NCBI GenBank assembly: GCA_963818475.1
Contig: CAWFSF010000005.1
Span: forward strand, 608,001 to 672,000
From: Nitrospirota bacterium
GTDB lineage: Bacteria; Nitrospirota; UBA9217
Direction: 5' to 3'
Length of the DNA stretch: 64,000 nucleotides
The position numbers and the translations under genes were made by a program. The notes beneath the pieces were generated by a model. It worked only from the letters and a program-made list of their open reading frames with translations. It was not told the origin of the DNA and did no database searches. Of the stretch, positions 21,060 to 30,700 are shown one piece after another (position 1 is the first letter of the stretch; each line of letters opens with the position of its first letter).

Positions 21060-24052
21060 TTAAAAAGCAAACACAACTACAGCAGGGGGATATAAAACAC
21101 AGATTCCAATTGCAACAGCTGCACCCCCTATGACTATACTTCTCTGACAATTAGTGCCACACCTAGCCGGCTCTGGCTGTCGATTTGGTTCTGGTTGGAA
21201 TCCATTTCTACGAGCGCAATCCAATATTCCTCCCGGGGCATCTCCATAATTACCACCATGTGAGGTGCCGCCAAATTCACCCATTGCACCACTTGATCCA
21301 CGACACTCCCAGTGCAGATGACGTCCGTTACCAACAGCATCACCGTCAATTCTTATCCTGCAGCCGCCGCCACAACTAATCCATTGTCCACTACGATGTG
21401 CAAGACCTTGCGGATCGGCGAAATTAACGGGGGCATTTTCCACATAAACATACAGATGCTTGATATCGTCAAGATGGTTCGCCGGGTTAGGGTCGCTATA
21501 TTTATATGTAAATGTGGAATAGACACCAGTGCTTAGTGGGTCAGCCTCGATGTATTCTACCGATCACCTGGTTATAGTCACGATTAAGGTTATAATTTAG
21601 CCCCGTCTCAGCGTCGTAGTACTGCCCTGGGAATCTCAGGTTATTTGTGATCGTGCTGACCGTGATCGTCGCTTCTCCGAAGGGTTTGTAGTCCGCAGAC
21701 CAAACGACCGTGCCGGAAGCGTCCGTCATCTTCTGCGGGGTGGCAAGATGATCGTTGTGATAGTAGTACGTATTCGCCCCTTCCATCTTAGCCAGCGGTT
21801 GACCATTGAAGTATACATATTCTACTGCGATTGTACCAGCACTATTCGACTCTGCAATGATCTGTCTACTCAGGCTGTAATGGAATATCGTGGTTGCTCC
21901 ATTCACGACCTTCTTCACCCGCTGCCCGTTGCCATTGTAAGTGTAGTTGGCCGTCGTTGCCCCGTCATTCACCTGGATCAATCTCTGGTTCTGATTATAG
22001 ACATACTGCCGAGCAGCTTCTGTTGTCGTATTCCCGTTATTATCGTATCCAAAGGACTTTCCATTGGCTGTGTTCAGCTTGTTTGTATTCTGGATAGTAC
22101 GTATAGGCACCTGCATTTTCAGTCTGCCTGTTCCCTACCCCGTCATAGGTCCAGGCCAAACTGCCCCATATGCCCGATGATGTGGCTGTCCAAAGTCGAT
22201 CAAGATTATCGTAGCTGAAGCTCTTGTTCTTTGAAGCATCGAGGCTGTCCGTAATGGCCGTTATGTTCCCATTGCTGTCATATCCGGTATAGCTGAGGCT
22301 CAGTACCGACCCTGCTGTTACGGAACTGACCCGATACTGGTTGTCGTATCCGATGGTGCCGCTCAAGCCATTGCCATAGGTGATCGCATTCATCCCGCCA
22401 AAGGGCTTGTAAGTGATATTCGATGCGAGATTGGCTGCACCGTTCAGAACGGTCACTGCGCGGTCGTTGGTGTAGTTGTACGTAATGACCTTGCCTGACG
22501 GATAGGTCATGGTCTTCAGGTTCCCGTTCATGTCGTAGGTGTATTGCGTGACGTACTGAACGCTGTCGATGGCCTTGGTCTCTTTTTTGACCTGCCCCTT
22601 TGGGGTGTACTCATAGGCAGCCGTGCCTGCTGCATCGGTCATGCTGAGCAGAGACGGCCCTTGCCGTTCGCGCAGGTGTCATAGGAATAGACCGTGTCAG
22701 TGTCAGACGGATAAGTCGATTGTCGTCAGTCGATTCAACGCATCATAGACATAAGTGATGGTTACGCCATTCGCGGCGGTCTTTGAGATCAGGTTCCCGG
22801 CGGGATCGTAGCCGTAGGTCGTTGTGCCGGTGTCGGGCGAGATGACCTGGTAGACTCTACCTTTGTCGTCGTAGATGTAGGTGGTGGCATTGTTGTTGGC
22901 ATCGGTTACCGTGGTCAGGTTGTTGTTGGAGTTGTAGCCGTAGCCGGTAGTAATCGTGCCGGGCTGGATGGTTGCTATCAGCCGGCTCAGCGCGTCATAC
23001 GAGTACGTTGTGAGCGTCGAGTTCGGAGTTCGGAAAGAGAGCCTATTGCCTCTGGAGTCATATGAGTATTCGGTATAGCTGGCATCGGGATTGGTAGTCC
23101 TCTTCAGCCTGTTCAAAGCATCATACTGGTAGCTCAGGCTCCTCTGGAGGCTGTTGCCCGCATCCCTGATCTCTTCCGTGAGCTTGTTGCCCTCGGAGTC
23201 ATAGGTATAGTTGATGCTGTTTCCAAGACTATCACTGATGCTGGCGAGATTGCTGTTGGCGTCATATCCGTAGGTTATGGCGTTCCCTTCCGGCAGAGTA
23301 ATATGATCGATCTTGTTCGCCCCTCCGCAGGAGGTGCAGCCTCCCGCGACGTAGGCATATTGCGTGGAGCCGGTGTCGCCTGCTGCCGTGACCGTAAGCA
23401 CCCGTCCGCTATCGTCATAGGTATAGGCAGTGCTGTTGCCGTTCGGGTCAAGGACGGTCCGGGGGTTGCCGAGAGCGTCGTGGTTGCTGTAGGTCGTTGT
23501 GCCGATAATCGGCTGGGTCGTTGAGGTCAGGAACCCGGTCATAGGGTCATAGGCATAGCTCGTAAGGTCCGTCACATCGGTCCTGGGACCGTCGATGCTC
23601 GTGAGCTTGCCGTTGGTATAGCCATAGGTCGTGGTATAGGAGTAGGCCGTGCCGCTGCCCAGAAGTCCTGCCTCGGTCGTGGTCAGAAGATTGCCGGTCG
23701 CATTGTCATAGGTGTTGGTGACGGTCTTGTTCTGATTCGGGTCGACAACGCTTGCTACGATCTCCTGCGCCAGTTTATGGAACGTGGCCGAGGTGGCTTG
23801 TGGGTCGATCTCATACTGGTAGATGTACATCGTGGTCTTCTGAATGGCGTCCCAGTCGCTCGGGCTGGGTTTGCTTGCCTCGGTCTTGGTCTTCAGGTTG
23901 CCGTAGGTGTCATAAGTGTAATCGTTGGCTGATCTAAGCACAAGGACGGGTACGGAAGGACTTCCCGTGTTTTCCCAGTATTCTTCTCGGGTGATCTTGG
24001 CCTGGCTGTTTCTTGCATAGGTCGTGACATTCCCGAGGGTGTCGGTCTCTTT
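21060..24052 (-). pseudogene. Orphan Rhs module (core plus a distinct toxin tip), frameshifted and lacking an N-terminus
   Basis: ORFs 22703-23941, 22040-22642 and 21541-22116 match the full Rhs core; tip follows PVNFADPQG (21060-21443). Confidence 0.85.
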
Positions 24053-24223
24053 AGGAATCGGAGGAATTTATTGTAGTCGGCCGTTTCTCTGAAGATCTGC
24101 TGGCGCTGGTTCCCCCGCGTAATCACGTGGTAGAAGGCACCTTCAAACTCGATGCGGGGTTTCCGTGGCATGCGGAGAGACAATCACTCGAAGGGGAGAA
24201 TGTCAATTCTAAAGTCTGACCCC
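24053..24223 (-). mobile_element. Left end of a Y1 transposase element fused to the Rhs core
   Basis: GGGGTCAGACTTTAGAATTGACA terminus; ATG 24171 MPRKPRIEFEGAFYHVITRGNQRQQIFRETADYNKFLRFL. Confidence 0.8.
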
Positions 24224-24239
24224 AATATGCCTTGCCTGA

Positions 24240-25227
24240 GTGTCCGTGCTGTTTTTTCGTAAAACTCAGAATTCAAGAGCGCCTCTTCGCCCGCGCAATT
24301 GCCTTTGCAATGCTGGACGTATTCACCCCGACATGCCGCGCGATCTCGGCGAGCGGCGAACCCAGTTCATCAATGCATCGCTTGGCTATGTTCATCCGAA
24401 GCACGCTCACCTGTTTTCTTCGGCCGCCGTTCTTAAGCTCAACAGGGCTTATCTGCGCCTTTCACACCTTCGTCGATGATCGATGCGATGGTCTTTCCGC
24501 TTCGGCGTATTTTCAACTGGCGTTTAGTCTTTTCCTCGGTTTCCTTGAGGATCGCATTCACGAAATCGCCGCCACCAAGAATCCGCTCATCAGATTCTTC
24601 TGGTGTTCCCGTCCTTCGGGCAGACAGGACCTGGGACCAGCCGCCCTTGCTTCTGATCAGTCCGCCGCCGGTAAACTCCGGATTGTGCCCCATGCTCATG
24701 CCTTCCGCAATGAATCGGTGATATGCGTTCGGGCAGCTCTCTTGCGCGAGCCAAACTGGTTCAGGACGTAATCCGTGTCCATCCATTCGTGATTTGTTTT
24801 GCCCATGACGGCCCGATGGATAAAGCACGTTTTCTTGAACGGCTCGGCCAGAACGTCATAGATGGACAATCTCGACCCGAAATACCTCAACCAGGGGGTT
24901 AGTAAGGCATAGGCCGGACTGAAAATTGAATTTCGACGTAGAGAGCCCGGGACACAACGTTGAGGCGAATGACCTCGTGAGGGACAATACAGGGCCTCTC
25001 ATAGAACTTGAGAATCTGGATAAGGGATGCTTGGCGGCAACGGCACGCCGGATATTTATAACGCTTAGAGAGCAAGTTCGCTTTACGTGAGAAAATCGTC
25101 GAAGAAAATGCTGATGTCCGAACAGGACGCATGGGTGAAATGCGTCTTCAAGAAAAACCGTCTGTTATCGTATTGGAATTTCAGCGAAAGCAAGTTGCAC
25201 TTGACAAGGGGGCTATAGGATAACCCC
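24240..25227. mobile_element. Degenerate Y1 transposase element (longer version of 1118-1861)
   Basis: Transposase C-half on - (HRAVMGK..WMD...GGWSQVL), short N-terminal piece on + (DKARFLERLGQNV), and a shared ~255-bp segment ending in AACCCC. Confidence 0.75.
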
Positions 25228-25240
25228 AAGATGCGCGTTA

Positions 25241-25532
25241 CTCGCAGCGAGAGTTTGCCGCCGAGGTTGGGATATCTCAAAGGATGGTGGTCTACTACGA
25301 GAAGGCGAGCGAACGCATACCGCTGCAGCTGCTGCCGGTGTTCGCTAAAGTGCTGCGGGTTTCTTCAGATCAACTGTTTGGGATCGAAACGGTGAAGGGC
25401 AATGGCCGGACGCACGATAACCGCCTCTGGCGGCGGTTCAGCCAGGTGGAAAAGCTGCCGCCGCCGAAGCGTAAACAGATCGTGCAGATTCTCGATGCGT
25501 TCCTGGAAAGTGAGAAGGTAAAGAAGGGGTAG
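25241..25532 (+). pseudogene. XRE-family HTH regulator, 5'-truncated
   Basis: YSQREFAAEVGISQRMVVYYEK...LAKVL-like helix, then LPPPKRKQIVQILDAFL; upstream part replaced by the element end. Confidence 0.7.
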
Positions 25533-25560
25533 GGGCTGAAATAACGCACCGTGTTTGCTT

Positions 25561-26010
25561 CTATTTTTTCTCATTATTGTTTGAAAACCACTTCATCATG
25601 ATCACTTGAACGCAGCCCTGTTCATTTCTATCCAGCGAAATCGTTAGTTGATCAGAAGAAACACGCCAAACCTTCGGTCCAATCTTTTTATTGTTCAACT
25701 TATCTACCGCCCACTTTCCATAAAGACTATCAATTTCACTTTTCACAACTTCAAACTTCACTTGTTCGCCAAACGTAAACATTAAGCCAACAACTATACC
25801 TTCTCTCAAATCAATGGATATTTCATCTGGAAAAGCAGCATGTGCTTCTTGATTCCTCTTATCGAAGAATGAAACACCTTCGGCTATTTTAGAGCCAATT
25901 ACGCCAGGATTTGGTAAAAAAAGGGCGTCAGCCGCAATAGCCATCTTATTAGCTAAAAATAATCCCAATATAGAGAGCAGTATAGCTGAACGCTTGATTA
26001 CTATTTGCAT
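25561..26010 (-). CDS. Putative periplasmic immunity protein of the Rhs
   Basis: Overlaps the Rhs stop; signal peptide; AT-rich. Confidence 0.65.
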   Translation of the reverse strand: MQIVIKRSAILLSILGLFLANKMAIAADALFLPNPGVIGSKIAEGVSFFDKRNQEAHAAFPDEISIDLREGIVVGLMFTFGEQVKFEVVKSEIDSLYGKWAVDKLNNKKIGPKVWRVSSDQLTISLDRNEQGCVQVIMMKWFSNNNEKK

Positions 26011-29000
26011 GCCTTATCGCATCCTTTCTCACACCATTTTTTTGCATCGCCTTCAAGCGAATCGCAGATGCAATGACATAAAGCTACATCCTTCATTGGA
26101 TTCTTCGCAGAAAAGCAAGCATTACATTTTTTCAAGCACTCATCAAAATCTGTAATAGGTTGGCAATAGCAATAACATCTATCGTTACTGTTCGGGAATT
26201 TATTACATCCCTGCATGTAGGCAGTAACAGAGTTTCTTCCATCGGGATCAATTTTGTTTAGTGGATTATTTTCTGTGTACAGATAAAGACTTAAATCACT
26301 AATAATTCCCGGATGGGGACGACGAAGACTGAGTCTTAAACGTGAAGCAGTCATCTGAATGAGGCCCGTATTCCAAGGGTCCGGTTCGACGTATCTTCCA
26401 ATTACCGGATTATAGTCTCTGAAGTAATTGTAGTGCAGTCCTGTTTCAACATCGAAGTACTGCCCAGGGAACCGGAGGTTATTCGTGATCGTGCTGACCG
26501 TGATTGTCACTTCGCCGAACGGCTTGTAGTCCGCCGACCAAACAACCGTCCCGGAAGCATCCGTCATCTTCTGCGGTGTGCCTAAATGATCGTTGTGGTA
26601 GTAGTACGTATTCGCCCCCTCCAGTTTTGCCAGCGGCTGACCATTCAAGTATACATATTCCGCTACGATAGTTCCAGCACTATTCGACTCTGCAATGATC
26701 TGTCCACTCAGGCTGTAATGGAATATAGTGGTTACTCCGTTCACGACCTTCTTCACCCGCTGACCGTTGCCATTGTAAGTGTAGTTAGCTGTCATTGATC
26801 CGTCATTCACCTGAATCAATCTCTGGTTTTGGTTGTAGACATACTGGCGAGCAGCTTCTGTTGTCGTATTCCCGTTGTTGTCGTACCCGAACGCTATTCC
26901 ATTGGCAGTGTTCAACTTGTTGGTATTCTGATAGTACGTATAGGCATTCGTATTCTCGGTCTGCCTGTTCCCCACTCCATCGTAAGTCCAGGTCAAACTG
27001 CCCCATATGCCCGTCGATGTGGCTGTCCAAAGCCGGTCAAGGTTATCGTAGGTAAAGCTTTTGTTCTTTGAAGCATCGAGACTGTCCGTAATGGCTGTTA
27101 TGTTCCCATTGCTGTCATATCCGGTATAGCTGAGGTTCAGTACACCCCCTGCTGCTATGGAGCTGATCCTATACTGGTTGTCGTATCCGATCGTGCCGCT
27201 CAGGCCATTGCCGTAGGTGATCGCATTCATGCCGCCGAAGGGCTTGTAAGTGATATTCGATGCGAGGTTGGCGGCACCATTCAGAACACTGACTGCCCTG
27301 TCGTTGGTGTAGTTGTAGGTGGTCACCTTGCCTGACGGGTAGGTCATGGTCTTCATGTTCCCGTTCATGTCGTACGTGTATTGCGTTACGTACGTCACAG
27401 TGTCGATTACCTTGGTCTCTTTTTTGACCTGTCCTTTTGGCGTGTATTCGTAGCTGGTCGTTCCTGATGCATCGGCCATGGAACAGAGACGGCCCTTGCC
27501 GTTTAAGCAGGTGTCGTATGAATAGACCGTGTCTGTATCTGCCGGATAGTTGATGGTCGTCAACCGATTCAGTGCGTCGTAGGTATAGGAAATCGTGACT
27601 CCCTTTGCGTCGGTTTTAGTCAGGAGATTCCCTGCCGGGTCATACGAGTATGTCGTCGTACCGGTGTCCGGGGAGATGACTTGATAGACCCTACCTTTGT
27701 CGTCGTATACGTAGGTGGTGGCGTTATTGTTGGCATCGGTGACCGTGGTCAGGTTGTCGTTTGAGTTGTAGCCGTAGCCGGTAGTGACCGTTCCGGGCTG
27801 GATAGTTGCTACCAACCGGTTCAGCGCGTCATACGAGTAAGTTGTGAGCGTTGAGTTCGGAGTTCGGAGTGAGAACCTATTGCCTCGTGAGTCATAGCCA
27901 TACTCGGTGTAGCTGCTGTCAGGATTCGTGGTCCTTTTAAGCTTATTCAGGGCATCGTACTGGTAGCTCAGGCTCTTCTGGAGGCTGTTGCCTGCGTCCC
28001 TGATCTCTTCCGTGAGCCTGTTCCCCTCGGAGTCATAGGTATAGTTGATGCTGTTGCCAAGGCTGTCGCTGATGCTGGCGAGATTGCTGTTGGCATCATA
28101 GCCGTAGGTTATGGTGTTCCCTTCCGGCAGGGTAATATGATCGATCTTGTTCGCCCCTCCGCAGGAGGTGCACCCTCCGGCGACGTAGACATATTGCGTA
28201 GGGCTGGTGTCACCTGCTGCCGTGACCGTAAGCACCCGTCCGTTATCGTCATAGGTATAGGCAGTGCTGTTGCCGTTCGGGTCAAGGACGTTTCGGGGAT
28301 TGCCGAGGGCGTCGTGGTTGCTGTAGGTCGTTGTGCCGATCAGCGGCTGGGTCGTTGAGGTCAGATACCCGGTTGTCGGATCATAGGCATAGCTCGTAAG
28401 GTCCGTCACTTCGGTCCTGGGGCCGTCGATGCTCGTGAGCTTGCCGTTGGTATAACCATAGGTCGTGGTATAGGAGTAGGCCGTGCCGCTGCCCAGAAAC
28501 CCGGCATCGGTCATGGTCAGGAGATTGCCGGTCGCGTTGTCATAGGTGTTGGTGACGGTCTTATTCTGATTCGGGTCAACTACGCTTTTTTCGATCTCCT
28601 GGGCCAGTTTGTGGAACGTGGCAGTTGTGGCTAACGGGTCGATCTCATACTGGTAGATGTACGTCGTGGTCTTCTGAATAGCAGCCCAGTCGCTTGGGCT
28701 GGGTTTGCTTGCCTCTGTTTTGGTCTTCAGGTTACCGTAGGTGTCGTAGGTGTAATCGTTGGCTGATCTAAGCACAAGGACGGGTACGGAGACAGTTCCT
28801 GTGTTTTCCCAGTATTCTTCCCGGGTGATCTTTGTCTGGCTGTTTCTTGCATAGGTCGTGACGTTGCCTACGGTGTCGGTCTCTTTTACGACCTGTCCGT
28901 TCTCGCCGAATTCTACGGTCCGAATGTTCGTGTTCAGGACCGTGCCGGAGCTGTCTTTGATCGTGGTCGTGACTTTTGTCTTTGTATAAGGCGTGATGTA

Positions 29001-29978
29001 CTCGAAGTCGATTACGCCTGTTCCGTGGGTCTGTTTGGTCACCCGTCCGTTGGTATAGGTATTTACATACTCGCCCTTTCCTTCGTCCACGCTCGTCATG
29101 AGATGCATGTTGTTGGGATTGGTATATCCGTAGGTGATGCTTGCCTCGGGGCCGGTGACGGAGGTAAGGTTGCCGATGTTGTCGTGGCCGTAGTTAACTG
29201 TCCTTCTGCTGTCGGTGATGCTGCTGAGCCTGCCGTTAAGGTCGTATGCGAAGGTTACTTGCGCGCCGGTCAGGTTCCCGGAGGCGTTTTTTTCCTCTAT
29301 TTTGTAGATCTTGTAATCGTAAGCCACGATGAGCGGGGTCGTCCCGACATTGTAGAGCAGAAGGCCCATGAGACCGTCACGGACCTGGGCGGTATAGGTG
29401 ATCGTGATGGAGGCTCCTGTTGCGTCTATAAGCTGGATAAGCCGGCCCTGGGGATCATAAATGTCCCTGGCCCCGCTTTTGTCGGTGAAGGTGTAGCTGT
29501 CGTCAGCGTTCTGGACAAGGGTGCCGCTTTCGCCGAGGGGAGTGATGTAGCCTCCTACGCTCCAGGTGAACCGCCGTTTCCAGCCGCATTCTTTTCTGAG
29601 GGTGACGGAGCCGTCGGGGTAGGTGTAGAGTCTGCGGTCGTAGTTAACTGCCCAGCCGTAGCCCAGGGGGCTGTCGTAGCCGGAGCGGCTGTTGTAGATC
29701 CGCCGAACCGCGATGGGGTAGAGGTTTCCGATGGTAAGATCGGTGCGGGAGGTGGTTTCAGCGCCGGCCAGCAGGTTGATGGGTTTGCCGGCAAGGCCGG
29801 GGATATAGCCGTTCATGCTGGGTGCAGGGTCGTCTGCGCAGGCGGCGATGTCGTCGGTGTCATTCATGACGGCATCCTGCCTGGTGGCGCTTTCCGAAAC
29901 CGCTAGTGCATGGGCAACATCCGGGACATAACCCGAAATGAGAACTGCAAGCAGCAATAAACCTGTCAACCTACGCAT
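26001..29978 (-). CDS. Rhs/YD-repeat polymorphic toxin with Sec signal peptide, DUF6531-like domain and Cys-rich tip
   Basis: MRRLTGLLLLAVLISG..AHA; GKPINLLAG; YD repeats; LRFPGQYFDVETGLHYNYFRDY; PLNKIDPDG cleavage motif. Confidence 0.92.
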   Translation of the reverse strand: MRRLTGLLLLAVLISGYVPDVAHALAVSESATRQDAVMNDTDDIAACADDPAPSMNGYIPGLAGKPINLLAGAETTSRTDLTIGNLYPIAVRRIYNSRSGYDSPLGYGWAVNYDRRLYTYPDGSVTLRKECGWKRRFTWSVGGYITPLGESGTLVQNADDSYTFTDKSGARDIYDPQGRLIQLIDATGASITITYTAQVRDGLMGLLLYNVGTTPLIVAYDYKIYKIEEKNASGNLTGAQVTFAYDLNGRLSSITDSRRTVNYGHDNIGNLTSVTGPEASITYGYTNPNNMHLMTSVDEGKGEYVNTYTNGRVTKQTHGTGVIDFEYITPYTKTKVTTTIKDSSGTVLNTNIRTVEFGENGQVVKETDTVGNVTTYARNSQTKITREEYWENTGTVSVPVLVLRSANDYTYDTYGNLKTKTEASKPSPSDWAAIQKTTTYIYQYEIDPLATTATFHKLAQEIEKSVVDPNQNKTVTNTYDNATGNLLTMTDAGFLGSGTAYSYTTTYGYTNGKLTSIDGPRTEVTDLTSYAYDPTTGYLTSTTQPLIGTTTYSNHDALGNPRNVLDPNGNSTAYTYDDNGRVLTVTAAGDTSPTQYVYVAGGCTSCGGANKIDHITLPEGNTITYGYDANSNLASISDSLGNSINYTYDSEGNRLTEEIRDAGNSLQKSLSYQYDALNKLKRTTNPDSSYTEYGYDSRGNRFSLRTPNSTLTTYSYDALNRLVATIQPGTVTTGYGYNSNDNLTTVTDANNNATTYVYDDKGRVYQVISPDTGTTTYSYDPAGNLLTKTDAKGVTISYTYDALNRLTTINYPADTDTVYSYDTCLNGKGRLCSMADASGTTSYEYTPKGQVKKETKVIDTVTYVTQYTYDMNGNMKTMTYPSGKVTTYNYTNDRAVSVLNGAANLASNITYKPFGGMNAITYGNGLSGTIGYDNQYRISSIAAGGVLNLSYTGYDSNGNITAITDSLDASKNKSFTYDNLDRLWTATSTGIWGSLTWTYDGVGNRQTENTNAYTYYQNTNKLNTANGIAFGYDNNGNTTTEAARQYVYNQNQRLIQVNDGSMTANYTYNGNGQRVKKVVNGVTTIFHYSLSGQIIAESNSAGTIVAEYVYLNGQPLAKLEGANTYYYHNDHLGTPQKMTDASGTVVWSADYKPFGEVTITVSTITNNLRFPGQYFDVETGLHYNYFRDYNPVIGRYVEPDPWNTGLIQMTASRLRLSLRRPHPGIISDLSLYLYTENNPLNKIDPDGRNSVTAYMQGCNKFPNSNDRCYCYCQPITDFDECLKKCNACFSAKNPMKDVALCHCICDSLEGDAKKWCEKGCDKACK

Positions 29979-30021
29979 GAAATCCTCCTACTAATAATTG
30001 GTGGTACATAATACGCTGTTT

Positions 30022-30591
30022 CTATTCCTTGCACTGGCCGCAATCAGTATCGCCGCAGCACGGGTCGGGATTATTGCAACAAGAGTCTTTACCGCAGCAA
30101 GGATCAGGACTTCCACAACAAGGGTCTGGATTTTCACAGCACCTATCAACGCTCGGATCACAAGGGCATCTCCATTCATCAATCGACAGAACAACCGCGA
30201 TTAAGCCAAAAGGTGAACCATTTGTATTCCAACAGTTCGAGAGATCGATATTGGCGTTACCGCATGTTCCTGTATGTCCGGGTGTATAATCGGGTTGCAC
30301 TACACACCAGCCACTGGGATCCGGACAAATGCGCGTTCCCGGTTTAACTCGAGATCGGTCGATTACAGCGGTCCACGTAGTTTTTATAGAACCATTAGTG
30401 TAAGTGCCGTTTGTTACACCGCACGAATTAGTCCATGCATCATTAACACGTTCTAATGTTGCGGTATTTGTGCATATTCTTTCCCATTGACAGCTATCAG
30501 CGGCCATAGCAGAAGATGCAACTATGAATAAATAAGACACGGCGAGAAATAACGCGATTAATTGGTTTATAATTTTAATTCTCATTGACAA
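30022..30591 (-). CDS. Secreted Cys-rich protein with (P)DPCC-repeat tail
   Basis: Signal peptide ending SAMA; tail CPCDPSVDRCCENPDPCCGSPDPCCGKDSCCNNPDPCCGDTDCGQC. Confidence 0.75.
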   Translation of the reverse strand: MSMRIKIINQLIALFLAVSYLFIVASSAMAADSCQWERICTNTATLERVNDAWTNSCGVTNGTYTNGSIKTTWTAVIDRSRVKPGTRICPDPSGWCVVQPDYTPGHTGTCGNANIDLSNCWNTNGSPFGLIAVVLSIDEWRCPCDPSVDRCCENPDPCCGSPDPCCGKDSCCNNPDPCCGDTDCGQCKE

Positions 30592-30700
30592 GCCTCCAAA
30601 TTCATAATCACAACAAAAAGCTTATTAAAATTGAAATAAACAGCCCTCACTTCGACAATAACTATAATGATTGATTCAAATATTCATAGGGGCATCTATT

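Noticed and set aside
21538-21547. GGGTCAG at the Rhs core/tip boundary resembles the GGGGTCAGAC terminus
   Set aside because: It is explained by Ala-Asp-Pro codons of the conserved DP motif, and the full Rhs lacks the match at the same position
23893-24183. 96-aa transposase-Rhs fusion protein
   Set aside because: The Rhs portion is read out of frame, so this is not a true fusion protein
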